DNA of 64,000 nucleotides from Gammaproteobacteria bacterium (GTDB lineage Bacteria; Pseudomonadota; Gammaproteobacteria; JAURND01): NCBI GenBank assembly GCA_047601185.1, contig JASGJS010000001.1, positions 1,217,305 to 1,281,304 of the forward strand, read 5' to 3'. Shown piece by piece: positions 48,603 to 57,911 of this stretch (position 1 is its first letter; each line of letters starts with the position of its first letter). The notes under the pieces were generated by a model. It saw only the letters and a program-made list of their open reading frames with translations, ran no database searches and was not told where the DNA came from. The position numbers and the translations under genes were made by a program.

Positions 48603-49883
48603 ATGGATAACACGCTTTTTGATAGCATTTATCAACAAAACCCTTGGCTGAAGAGCTCTTCAGAGCCTATTGTTCATGATGGAAAGTATATTCAGCGGGT
48701 ACAATATGATTTCCTCACTGACCCTGCCTGGGATCATTTATGGACAATCCTAGTGGGGCCTCGTCAAGCAGGCAAAACCACTTTAGGTAAACATTTATGT
48801 CAACAGCTGATTCACCAACAACGTTATCAAAATTTACTCTATTTAAACTGTGATTATCCTGAAATTCGTCATTGGCTCAAATCTTCGGTATTTTTATCAG
48901 AAGCAGCTCAGGCATTTGCATTGAAAGATTACATTTTATTTATTGATGAGGTGCAGCGTCTTGAAAATCCAGGTTTACTGTTAAAAATTATTGCTGATTT
49001 AAAGTTGCCCATTAAAATGCTGGCTTCTGGATCTTCGCAATTAGAAATTAAAAGTAAAATCCAGGAACATTTAACAGGGCGACAGATTGAAAGTGTCATA
49101 TTGCCTTTGAGCAGCCGCGAAATGGATTTTACTCATCAGTGGCAAACTATTTTACAATATGGCAGTTATCCTCAAGTTTATCTTCATGAAAGTCGTAAGC
49201 CTATTCTTTTGCAAGAGTTGTTTAACAGTTATTTACAAAAAGATATAATAGAATTTCTTCGAGTAGGTAAACCTGAGGTTATTTTGCAATTGTTAGGGCT
49301 ATTGGCCCATTCTTGTGGACAATTATTAAATTTTCAGCAATTATCCGTGGATTGTAGAGTCAATGTTGAAACAATTCGTCATTATCTTGATATACTCGAA
49401 AAAACTTATGTGATAAAAACCATTAAGCCATTTGTCGGTAATAAACGTACAGAACTCACATCCAACCCGATTTGCTACTTTATCGATAACGGATTTCGCA
49501 ATCAGGCTTTGAACAATTTTACCCCCATTGAAAGTCGCACAGACGGGGGTCTTTTAGTCCAAAATTTTGTCTTTCAGGAAATTTATAAATATCAACTACA
49601 GAGCAGAAAAAATTGGCAGATTTGTTATTGGCGAACGAAAGGAGGAGCAGAAGTGGATTTTGTGATTAAAACCAGTTTTGACACGGTGATTCCAATCGAA
49701 GTGAAATTCAGAAATTTAGCAGGTCTAACGCTCAGTCGCGGCTATCGGTCATTTTTAGACTCGTATCAGCCAGCACAAGGGTTTGTGATCACTAAAAATC
49801 AATTCGGAGAGCTAACTTATCCGCATGGGCGAATTTATTTTATTCCTTTTAGCGCGCTGCCTGAGCTATTTATGATGCTTTAA
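48603..49883 (+). CDS. AAA+ ATPase fused to DUF4143 nuclease-like domain (third paralog)
   Basis: ILVGPRQAGKTTL, LFIDEVQRL, C-terminal GGAEVDFVIKT...IPIEVKFRN. Confidence 0.8.
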   Translation: MDNTLFDSIYQQNPWLKSSSEPIVHDGKYIQRVQYDFLTDPAWDHLWTILVGPRQAGKTTLGKHLCQQLIHQQRYQNLLYLNCDYPEIRHWLKSSVFLSEAAQAFALKDYILFIDEVQRLENPGLLLKIIADLKLPIKMLASGSSQLEIKSKIQEHLTGRQIESVILPLSSREMDFTHQWQTILQYGSYPQVYLHESRKPILLQELFNSYLQKDIIEFLRVGKPEVILQLLGLLAHSCGQLLNFQQLSVDCRVNVETIRHYLDILEKTYVIKTIKPFVGNKRTELTSNPICYFIDNGFRNQALNNFTPIESRTDGGLLVQNFVFQEIYKYQLQSRKNWQICYWRTKGGAEVDFVIKTSFDTVIPIEVKFRNLAGLTLSRGYRSFLDSYQPAQGFVITKNQFGELTYPHGRIYFIPFSALPELFMML

Positions 49884-49923
49884 AAGTCATTATTCAATCT
49901 TTTAAATCAAAAGCTTGTATGGC

Positions 49924-50040
49924 GCCCCCTCATCCGCCTATCGGCACCTTCTCCCACAAAAAAGGGGAGAAGGCGCCACACCGAACCTTTAAGTGTTTCC
50001 TCTTAGTTCACTGCCATTGAAAGTAAAGGCCTCAGAAGCA
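49924..50040. repeat. Mosaic REP-like element copy (arm-hairpin-arm, orientation opposite to 18908-19017)
   Basis: CCCCTCATCCGCCTATCGGCACCTTCTCCCacaaaaaaGGGGAGAAGGCGCC plus the reverse complement of the 18908-18955 arm. Confidence 0.7.
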
Positions 50041-50107
50041 AAAACTTCAAAAATGACTAAAGAACCCATTATTGCTATCCAGCATTCTTCAAGAAAACAA
50101 ATAAAAA

Positions 50108-50307
50108 AGGTATCCATTCAGCACAGCCTAAGAGAAGCTTGAGCTCAGAATAGGTAGGAGGCGTCGTCCTCGCAGGATGCGGGGATCCAGTCTGCAGGAA
50201 GCAAACTTTATATCCTTGTATTCTGGATCCCGGCATCCATGCCGGGACGACGCCTCTTGCTTAATTTAAGCTCAAGCTTCCCTTAGGACGTGCTGAATGG
50301 ATAATAA
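50108..50307. repeat. Second-family MITE-like element copy with ~35-bp TIRs (GTATCCATTCAGCAC.CCTAAG.GAAGCTTGAGCT) and an internally palindromic core
   Basis: The core AGGAGGCGTCGTCCTCGCAGGATGCGGGGATCCAG is followed by its imperfect reverse complement CTGGATCCCGGCATCCATGCCGGGACGACGCCTCTTGC. TIRs are related to those of 37886-38032. Confidence 0.7.
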
Positions 50308-50312
50308 AAAAG

Positions 50313-50358
50313 TTGACATAATGGTTCCAATGTTTAATGATAATGATTCTCATTAACA
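50313..50358 (+). promoter_or_regulatory. Promoter with Fur-box-like operator: TTGACA-N17-TAATGA overlapping AATGATAATGATTCTCATTAACA
   Basis: 16/19 match to the GATAATGATAATCATTATC consensus. Lies 10 bp upstream of the 50368 gene. Confidence 0.5.
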
Positions 50359-50367
50359 TTTAAGCAG

Positions 50368-50976
50368 GTGAAAAAAATGACCACAGAAGCCTTAGAACCT
50401 CAAAACCAACCTCACAAAGGGGATAAGTGGACAAACTTTAATACCGGCTTTCAGATGATATCCGGTACTGCTGGGGGTTTTTATTTGGTGGGTGATACCG
50501 TTGATTTGTTTGGTAATTTTCATCGTATGGCGCTGGGTCTTTCTTTACCAGCGATGATCATTGGTTTAACGGGCGCTATCTTTATAGCTTTGTGTGAGGC
50601 ATACAATCATCAACAGCTGAACACTTATCACCAAAAAGAAAATATAGAGGACATGAAAGCTGCGCAAAGCCCTGCAACTCAACAACCCTTACTCCCTGCA
50701 AAGGAAGAAGACACATCGGAATTGAGCAAATTACAAGGGGTCGCCTTATTTGGCTGCTTTATTGCGCACACAGTGGAATTTGCTGCACCGTTAATTTTTA
50801 TTTTTAATTTGACGTTTGCTGATCAGTTGCCACATTATACGCAAGTTCTTATCGTACTGCTGGTATTAGCCTGTGCAGCTTTAGCCTCAATAGCCGATGT
50901 AAGAACTGCTAAAACGGCAATAGAAGAATTAAATGCTCAATCTTTAAGCGTAACAAACCCTCCTGTTGCGGTATAA
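50368..50976 (+). CDS. Hypothetical polytopic membrane protein (putatively Fur-regulated)
   Basis: 202 aa with about four hydrophobic helices. GAAAAAAATG context. No homology recognised. Confidence 0.55.
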   Translation: MKKMTTEALEPQNQPHKGDKWTNFNTGFQMISGTAGGFYLVGDTVDLFGNFHRMALGLSLPAMIIGLTGAIFIALCEAYNHQQLNTYHQKENIEDMKAAQSPATQQPLLPAKEEDTSELSKLQGVALFGCFIAHTVEFAAPLIFIFNLTFADQLPHYTQVLIVLLVLACAALASIADVRTAKTAIEELNAQSLSVTNPPVAV

Positions 50977-51023
50977 AGAATGCTGCAATTATTGAAAAAA
51001 ATCGAGCTCGTTGGAATTCTGAT

Positions 51024-52166
51024 ATGTCATTGGAATCAAATCATAAAGAAACAGTTTTAGTCGTTGCATTAGGCGGCGGTGGTGATTCTGTTACCGCACA
51101 TTTATTGGCTACGGATTGGATCGCGCGTGGTTTTGAGGCTTGTGTAGCGAGTCTTGCTTGGGAGCGTTTCGTAACGGATCCTCTGCCTGGACCACGTCAT
51201 TGTTCTGAATTATCTTGTTTAACTGAGATAACTAACACCGTTGGCGAAGTCACTGCGACCACTGCTTTTCCTGCCGGAATAAAGATTAATCAGGCTACCC
51301 TTGTACAATCATTCCCAAATATAAGGCATTTTATTCTAGATCCTTATGGTGGAGTTTCAGGACTCATTTCTGATTTAAGATATTTGTGTCATGTATTGAG
51401 TATATCCAAAATAATAGGCGTAGATGTTGGTGGAGATGTGCTGGCCAATCATCCGTTTCCATCCCTGAGGAGCCCTTTGGCGGATGCTATGTTAGTCGCT
51501 AGCATATACGCTATTGACCCAGATGCCAGTATTTACGTTTGTGGAATGGGTTTAGATGGAGAAATACCCATGGATTATCTAAATTTTAGTATTTCTGAAC
51601 ACTTACAATCCAATGATATTTCTGGGTTTTATACTGCTCCTTTAAATCTTGTTGAGAACTTGGTGCCATTAGTTAAAAAAAGGCTGATTCATACTGAAAC
51701 AACGGCGCTTTACCTTTATGCTCACCACGGAATGTATGGTAATGTACTCGTTCGTGATGCCGGATCAATTGTTCGCGTGGGTATAGAATCAACCATTGGC
51801 TTGATTTATTCAGCAAGAAATATTTGTGAAAAAATCAACCGATTGTCCCTACTGCTTATTGGCACTCGCAGTATTGAGGAAGCAAGTCATATTGTTAAAC
51901 AACAAGGTTTCCTTTGTGAGTTTTTTTATGAGAATGAATTATACAAAAAACATGAGCATAAATATTTACAATATAATGAAAAATTATCAATAGAGACCTT
52001 GTGCTTTTTTTTATCATCACTTAATAAAAATATTTCTTATGTCGCTGAGAGACATATTGCACATATGCTAAAAACTAGCGTACATTCCATACAGAATGTG
52101 TTAAGCAGTATCGGTGATCAAAGTAATATGTTTCCTCCATTTTTACGGGTTCATTCGCCCGAGTAA
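51024..52166 (+). CDS. Hypothetical 380-aa protein with Gly-rich LGGGGD / VDVGGD motifs
   Basis: Long ORF 47 bp downstream of the membrane protein, probably co-transcribed. The motifs suggest nucleotide or phosphate binding. Family unassigned. Confidence 0.5.
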   Translation: MSLESNHKETVLVVALGGGGDSVTAHLLATDWIARGFEACVASLAWERFVTDPLPGPRHCSELSCLTEITNTVGEVTATTAFPAGIKINQATLVQSFPNIRHFILDPYGGVSGLISDLRYLCHVLSISKIIGVDVGGDVLANHPFPSLRSPLADAMLVASIYAIDPDASIYVCGMGLDGEIPMDYLNFSISEHLQSNDISGFYTAPLNLVENLVPLVKKRLIHTETTALYLYAHHGMYGNVLVRDAGSIVRVGIESTIGLIYSARNICEKINRLSLLLIGTRSIEEASHIVKQQGFLCEFFYENELYKKHEHKYLQYNEKLSIETLCFFLSSLNKNISYVAERHIAHMLKTSVHSIQNVLSSIGDQSNMFPPFLRVHSPE

Positions 52167-52195
52167 TCCATGCTCTCTCTATTCATATTGGAAGT

Positions 52196-52765
52196 TCAGG
52201 AGAGGGGGCAAGCCGTATTTGACCAAGAATTGCTTGGCAGCTTTAATTTTTCAAGCAACACGTTGCGAAAGGATGCTCCAGTAGACGTGGTGGCCCCTGA
52301 CCAAAAACCCGTTACGCAAGTGCTGGTGTCACAATGACCGCCAAAGGTGAAAAATTCTTGATCATGCTTAATGGGGCAACTGCAAATGGCTTTAGTTGAA
52401 TCCATTGGATCAATTGTGCAAGGTGAATCTACGCAATTAGTCCAAGGTGTTCCTTTACTACAGGTCATGCTTTTTTTCGTAGAAAATTGCACGAAAGAGA
52501 AAGTTGAAACAATGTGCCGAACTTTAAAGTGATCTTGTGTTGGAGCACGTTGTTCACAGGCTTTATAGCCTACGCTATCGCCTTTCTCAACCACACAAGC
52601 ACAAATAGCATAGTTAGAATGCCTGGGATCAGGTATGCAGGGGGCAGATGTACAAAGCGCATATTCTTGGTTGCAAACGATGGGTATGGTTTGCATAGCT
52701 GCATAAGATGATAAGTTGACTAAAAAAGTCAGTATTACCCATAAAATAAAGTGGTAAGGCTTCAT
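52196..52765 (-). CDS. Secreted Cys-rich protein (signal peptide + ~18 Cys), founder of a local paralog family
   Basis: MKPYHFILWVILTFLVNLSSYA signal. Regular Cys spacing (CxxxC, CAC, CSC). Decayed copies at 56046-56243 and 60796-60885. Confidence 0.65.
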   Translation of the reverse strand: MKPYHFILWVILTFLVNLSSYAAMQTIPIVCNQEYALCTSAPCIPDPRHSNYAICACVVEKGDSVGYKACEQRAPTQDHFKVRHIVSTFSFVQFSTKKSMTCSKGTPWTNCVDSPCTIDPMDSTKAICSCPIKHDQEFFTFGGHCDTSTCVTGFWSGATTSTGASFRNVLLEKLKLPSNSWSNTACPLS

Positions 52766-52807
52766 TTTATCTCTCCCTGTAAATTTGAGCGAATATATTT
52801 TAGCACA

Positions 52808-54808
52808 CTAATCAGGGTTATAATCCTTTTTTTTAACGGCCTCCTTCACAGCTTCAATCTCATTGAGCATTTGCTTATAAAGATCACTGAAAGAATTTTT
52901 TTTGCTTTGCTTTACGGCTTGTTCCATTTGCGAGCAAGCGGCTTGCAATCGAGTTGTTCCACAATAAATTGCCCCACCTTTCATTTTGTGCGCCAAAGTT
53001 CCAATCGAGGCCCAATCTTCTTTTTCATAAGCATTTCGCAAGTTTTCCAGCTCTTCAGGAAAGCCATTCACCAGCATGCCCAGCATTTCATCCACAACTT
53101 CTTTTTTGCCATCAAACAGTTGTTTAGCTAACTCAAAATCAATAATTTTTCCTTCTAATTGAGGGAGATTAGATTCTTCTTTCGTTTGAGCTTGTTCTCG
53201 GAATGGAATAAAAGCATTGAGAATATCTTCAGCCTTTTCTTTATTAAGCGGCTTAGAAAACACAGCATTCATACCAGCGTCCAGGCAGTTTTGTTTGTTT
53301 CCCGCGTCGACATGTGCAGTAAGCGCAATGATGGGAACATGGGTGTCATGACTGAGTTCATAGAGACGAATACGTTTGGTGACTTCGTATCCATCCATAT
53401 CAGGTAAGCCAATGTCCATAAAAATGACGTCGTAAGGTTTTTCTTGAACTAACTGTACGGCTGTTTTGCCATTATTGGCGATATCGACCTCACAACCCAG
53501 TGCAGCTAGCATTTTTTCTCCTACTATCGCGGCTATCGCTTGGTCTTCAACGAGCAAAATGCGATTTTTACCCAATTTTGCTTTTTTGGGCTGTATATCT
53601 GCTGTTTTAACAAAGTTGGATGTTTCTTGAGCTAGGGATTTAGATTTTGTCAGAGCAATTTCTTCACTACCAAACGCATCGTCCAGCAGTGGTTCTTTAA
53701 GTTGAAGAATACAGGTAAATTTGCTGCCTTTTCCCATTTGGCTTTCTACATAAATTTCCCCATCAAGCTCTTCTACAAATCGTTTTACGATGGATAAGCC
53801 TAAACCTGGGCCTTTGTAAATGCCTTCAGATGAAGGTGTTAATCGCTTGAATTGTAGAAAAATGTCCTGTTGTTTGTCAGCAGCAATTCCAACACCAGAA
53901 TCTTCTACAATAAGTTTTATAATCAATTTTTGGTCATTTTTTTTGGCCAATTGAGTTGTTAATTTAACAAAGCCTTTATCAGTAAAATTCAGTGCATTAG
54001 TAATTAATTCCAAAGCAATACGATGAATTCTTGTTGCATCCCCAATAACATAATGAGGAATTTTTGGATCATAATCAAAAAGTAAATCGATATTTTTATG
54101 ATGGGCTTTAGATTGATTGAGCTTAATAACATCTGACAGCTTTTTTTGAAGATTAAATTTATTTTTCTGTAAAGCAATTTCATTTGAATTAATTTTAATC
54201 ACTTCTAAAATTTCGTTTAACAAATCGAGTAATGCATGACTTGAAGCTGTTAAGTTTTCTACATATTCTTTAATCCTGGGGTTTTGTACTTCTTCTGCAA
54301 TAATATTGGCAAATCCAACGATGCCGGTCAGTGGCGTTCGAATATCATGTCGCATATTTTCCAAAAATTCAGTTTTAGCTTTATCCGCTGCCTCGGCTGC
54401 TTCTTTGGCTCTTATTAACCTTTCTTCCGCTTCCTTTTGCTTAGTGATGTTGACGGAAATCCCCAGGACGCCCATGACATGACCACTGGTATCTTTTAAT
54501 GGGGCTTTCAAGCTCAGCATAATAGCGGGCTGCCCATCCATAATGGCAGGTTCTTCTACCATTTTTGCCTGCCCTGTCTTTAAAACCCAAAGGTCATTTT
54601 CCCAAAATTTTTGAGCAGATTCCTTATCCCAAGGCAATTCAAAATCCGTTTTGCCAATAACGTCGCTGCCACGACGAAAACCCAAACTTTGTGCTTGTCT
54701 ATCATTACAACCTAAGTACATCCCGTTTTCATCTTTCCAATAAATATGACCCGGCATGTTATCCAATAGATTATCAAGCACCACTTTGGGTTTGAGTTCC
54801 TTGATCAT
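52808..54808 (-). CDS. Hybrid sensor histidine kinase (PAS-HisKA-HATPase-REC-Hpt), cytoplasmic
   Basis: PAS HIYWKDENGMYLGCN, H-box MRHDIRTPLTGI, G-boxes, receiver ILLVEDQ...IFMDIGLPDMDG, Hpt HKMKGGAIYCG. Confidence 0.85.
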   Translation of the reverse strand: MIKELKPKVVLDNLLDNMPGHIYWKDENGMYLGCNDRQAQSLGFRRGSDVIGKTDFELPWDKESAQKFWENDLWVLKTGQAKMVEEPAIMDGQPAIMLSLKAPLKDTSGHVMGVLGISVNITKQKEAEERLIRAKEAAEAADKAKTEFLENMRHDIRTPLTGIVGFANIIAEEVQNPRIKEYVENLTASSHALLDLLNEILEVIKINSNEIALQKNKFNLQKKLSDVIKLNQSKAHHKNIDLLFDYDPKIPHYVIGDATRIHRIALELITNALNFTDKGFVKLTTQLAKKNDQKLIIKLIVEDSGVGIAADKQQDIFLQFKRLTPSSEGIYKGPGLGLSIVKRFVEELDGEIYVESQMGKGSKFTCILQLKEPLLDDAFGSEEIALTKSKSLAQETSNFVKTADIQPKKAKLGKNRILLVEDQAIAAIVGEKMLAALGCEVDIANNGKTAVQLVQEKPYDVIFMDIGLPDMDGYEVTKRIRLYELSHDTHVPIIALTAHVDAGNKQNCLDAGMNAVFSKPLNKEKAEDILNAFIPFREQAQTKEESNLPQLEGKIIDFELAKQLFDGKKEVVDEMLGMLVNGFPEELENLRNAYEKEDWASIGTLAHKMKGGAIYCGTTRLQAACSQMEQAVKQSKKNSFSDLYKQMLNEIEAVKEAVKKKDYNPD

Positions 54809-54888
54809 GTTTTAGTATTCCTCAATAAGTTCTAAATATCTATTTAAATATTTCTTTGTTATAACAGAGTGAACGAAAGCTTTTCACT

Positions 54889-55746
54889 TTAAATGGTCGT
54901 TATTTTAGCATCGTGTTTGCACTTCATATCTGGATCTGCCTCTTCTATTTTTCGGCGATTAAATCTTATCGCAACTGGCCTTAAAAGGTGAGGGGACTTG
55001 GGTTCAATAAAAAGTTTATAGGTAGCATCCATTGCCTCATTCCTGCCACTTGGATAAACCTCAAAATGAGACCCTAATGTTGTCCACAAATCTTTCATTA
55101 CGCCGCATTCCTCTACTAAATAAGTGATGCAAAGTTTTTCAGCATGCGCCCGATCATAAGTGTGTTGAAGTTTATTTTTCTCATACCGTTGCAAGAATGT
55201 GTTGACGCATGCATTAATTCCCTGGTGAAATTCTGAATTCACCGCATAAGCTTCACGCATCTCCCGTACAGCTGCTCTCCATTCAGGCGTACCTAGCCAG
55301 TCTTTCCAGCGTTTAATACGATAAGGTATCGTAAGATTGGCTTTAAAAATAGGTCCATTACGCTCTAAATACTCATCGCCAGCTTTGATAGCCTCTGCAA
55401 GCAGCATTTCCTTCGATTTGTGCGGAGCTGCAATGGCATTGGTATATGATTGGATGCTATCATCTAACATAATAATGCAATCTTTAAAAGAACGATTCAC
55501 TAATTGCACAACGCCTTCGATTCGCTCTCCTTCATGCACGGGTTGTCCTACACTAATGGTTATTTGAGCTGTAGATGCTGGAAATTGTTTACGGTATTCA
55601 ACAGGACAATTAAAAGTGGTTTTTAATCGAGTGGATTCTTTATTTTGGCTAAAAAAACGTATATTTTGTTGTATACTCTTGAAAATATGAGTAGTCGGTT
55701 GCCATCGTGCAAGATGCGATGTGCTGAGGGTAAAAAATTCCTTCAT
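54889..55746 (-). CDS. Hypothetical 285-aa protein
   Basis: Long ORF with balanced composition and an acidic C-terminus (IEEADPD). No family recognised. Confidence 0.5.
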   Translation of the reverse strand: MKEFFTLSTSHLARWQPTTHIFKSIQQNIRFFSQNKESTRLKTTFNCPVEYRKQFPASTAQITISVGQPVHEGERIEGVVQLVNRSFKDCIIMLDDSIQSYTNAIAAPHKSKEMLLAEAIKAGDEYLERNGPIFKANLTIPYRIKRWKDWLGTPEWRAAVREMREAYAVNSEFHQGINACVNTFLQRYEKNKLQHTYDRAHAEKLCITYLVEECGVMKDLWTTLGSHFEVYPSGRNEAMDATYKLFIEPKSPHLLRPVAIRFNRRKIEEADPDMKCKHDAKITTI

Positions 55747-56006
55747 TCATACTCCGCTTTAAATTATTGCTGTATCGGTCAATAGCTTCAGTTTTTTTGT
55801 TACTAATTTGTAAATTTAATACGCTACTCAAAAAATTAAGCAGTAGGGTATAGCACGCCGTCGCCCCAGAAATTCCTTAATTCATTACAAATTTATTGGC
55901 TTATCCTATCATAAATTTGGCATTATTCGCAAGAGACTATTGAATAAAGGATTCCAAATGCGTGTAGCCAGGAAAGAAACCAAATAAAAAAAGGTGTTGA
56001 CATGAG

Positions 56007-56047
56007 CGCCAATTGTTAATGATTCTCATTAACAATTACTTAGGAAG
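56007..56047 (+). promoter_or_regulatory. Orphan promoter-like TTGACA + perfect 27-bp palindrome AATTGTTAATGA-ttc-TCATTAACAATT (Fur-box-like)
   Basis: Same TTGACA-spacer-AATGAT..TCTCATTAACA architecture as 50313-50358. Points into the antisense strand of the Cys-rich gene fragment. Confidence 0.45.
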
Positions 56048-56243
56048 AATGAGGGCATTTCTCAACCACACAAGCGCAAATAGCATAGTTAGAATTCCTG
56101 GGATCAGGTATACAGGGGACAGATGTACAAAGCGCATATTCTTGGTTGCAAACGATGGGTATTGTTTGCATAGCTGCATTAGGATGTTAAGTTGACTAAA
56201 AAAGTCAGTATTACCCATGAAATAAAGTGGTAAGACTTCATTT
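56046..56243 (-). pseudogene. Truncated, frameshifted 5' fragment of a Cys-rich secreted protein paralog
   Basis: About 90% identical to 52560-52765 including the RBS region and ATG. A 1-nt insertion gives ...VNLTS* after 20 codons. Homology ends at 56058. Confidence 0.65.
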
Positions 56244-56284
56244 AACTCTCCCTGTGAATGCGAGCGAACGGATTCTAGCACACT

Positions 56285-56352
56285 TTCTCCTCCGGTTGAG
56301 GCAGAAACTGTGTCTAAATCGAATAAATCGGCAACTGCTTCAACAACTAAAA
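56285..56352 (+). repeat. Duplicate of the last ~68 nt of the 61041-63587 U-box/Sel1 gene (C-terminal coding segment)
   Basis: CTCCGGTTGAGGCAGAAACTGTGTCTAAATCGAATAAATCGGCAACTGCTTCAACAACTAA matches 63521-63587 with 1 mismatch. Confidence 0.75.
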
Positions 56353-56403
56353 AATAATTTTATGAGCAACTCACACCCGACAAATTTGATAAATACACTT
56401 TAA

Positions 56404-56784
56404 TCAGTTTAAAACAGGTCGTGCTGTGGGCATGCCCGTAACACCAGCATAAAAGACGATGATTTCCACAGCTTGATTATGAGTTATCCCCCGATGTGCT
56501 GTATTGACCATTTCCGCTAATACATCTCCTGGGTGCAAAGTTTTACGTAGCCCATTTTTATCTTCCACCTCCAGAGTGCCTGAAACGATATAAGCTGCAT
56601 TAGGCATAGGGTGAGTATGCCAGGGTAAAATAGTATGGGGAGGAATTTTAATTTTTAGTACAGTAATTTCTGGTTGTCCGCTGGGATAGACTGAGTATTT
56701 GACGCCATCCCATGAATGATCAGTTTGTGAACACAGTTGAGAGACTGCTTTCTGGGTTAACGGTATTACTTGAATAGGCCACAT
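56404..56784 (-). CDS. Cupin-domain protein
   Basis: 126 aa. HTHPMPNAAYIVSGTLEV...HPGDV..E...AHRG cupin motifs 1 and 2. Directly downstream lies an orphan ...VYLSNLSGVSCS* fragment copying the end of the 57912 gene. Confidence 0.7.
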   Translation of the reverse strand: MWPIQVIPLTQKAVSQLCSQTDHSWDGVKYSVYPSGQPEITVLKIKIPPHTILPWHTHPMPNAAYIVSGTLEVEDKNGLRKTLHPGDVLAEMVNTAHRGITHNQAVEIIVFYAGVTGMPTARPVLN

Positions 56785-56944
56785 TCAGATAAAAACTGAT
56801 GAGTAGGGCTAATAGGATTTTTTTAAATGGAAACATATTAATTCTCTCGCTCTATACTTTCAATGTTATATATGAAATAATATCATAAATATCTGCTGTA
56901 TTATAGAGCTTAACGTTAATGAAATAAACTTAGAAAATAAACCT

Positions 56945-57747
56945 ATGGCCACTGACAAGAAAGTTAAGACATCGATAAGTCTGGAAAAACCTATTGCGCT
57001 TGAAGGCCTTCCGATTCCTGAAGCATTTTGTTGTCCTATAACGACGCTCATTATGAAAGATCCCGTCATAACAGATGATGGGCAAACTTACGAGCGCCAA
57101 GCCATTGAGCGATGGTTTAGAAAAAAAGAAGCAGCCCCTCAACTGGGTCGCCACTTAAAAATACAAAATTAAGGCCCAATTTTGCATTAAAATCAGCAAT
57201 AGAAGATTTTAAAAAGAAACAAAATGAAATGGTAAATTCATTGGAAGACGCAATACAAAATAATCGACTTGAATTGGCAGAATACTTAAGCAAACAATTA
57301 GGTGTAAAAACTACTGTTATCAATAAAATGCTAAATGCAGAACTCAGAAGGTCAGCTTTCTTTCAAAAGAAAAAATCACAAGAACAGGAGAAAAAAGTGA
57401 GTTCGTCATCAAAAGCTTTTTTAATTACTGGAGGAACTCAAGAATCTCGTAATGAGAAGTATAAGGAATTATTCAATGTAGATCCACTTTCGATGTGCAG
57501 CACTTATGAAAAAGAGGATGAGCTTGCAGTATTTTTTTCTAGTAAACATGAAGACTTTGAAGGCATGACATTTGAAAAAACCAAGAAGTTAGCAGGTAGT
57601 AGCGTGCTGAGCTCTAATTTTTTAACTATACACAGCAGAGGGCCGAAATCTGGTATCATTAATTTACCCTTTCCTGAGAACCAATCAGAAAAAAGCAGCT
57701 CATTGCTATATGAAAGTGAGCTTCGTTTAATAGGGCAGTTATCATAA
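56945..57747 (+). pseudogene. U-box domain protein interrupted by a -1 frameshift at ~57165 (AAAATTAAGG; AAAATTTAAGG expected)
   Basis: Frame 1 reads [31 protein letters not shown]...HLKIQN*. The next frame continues [14 protein letters not shown]..., completing the canonical U-box C-terminus as in the 61041 gene. The rest is K/E/S-rich. Confidence 0.6.
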
Positions 57748-57911
57748 AATTAATTTCAGGAGTGGCGGAAGAAATTTTCCAGCAGGTTAAAGTTTATAGC
57801 TATTTACACACTTAGGCTGACACTCTCAAATTTTGCCATAACTCATCCGCCCACTGTTAGCTTGTCCCACCATAATTTTGGCATTATTTGCAAGAGTCTT
57901 TAAAACATATT

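Noticed and set aside
56013..56195. 60-aa + strand ORF (and its homolog 52514-52711) as a conserved small protein
   Set aside because: Both are antisense to the Cys-rich gene and its ~90% identical fragment. Conservation is explained by nucleotide identity. The + strand may still be transcribed as a non-coding RNA (see finding).
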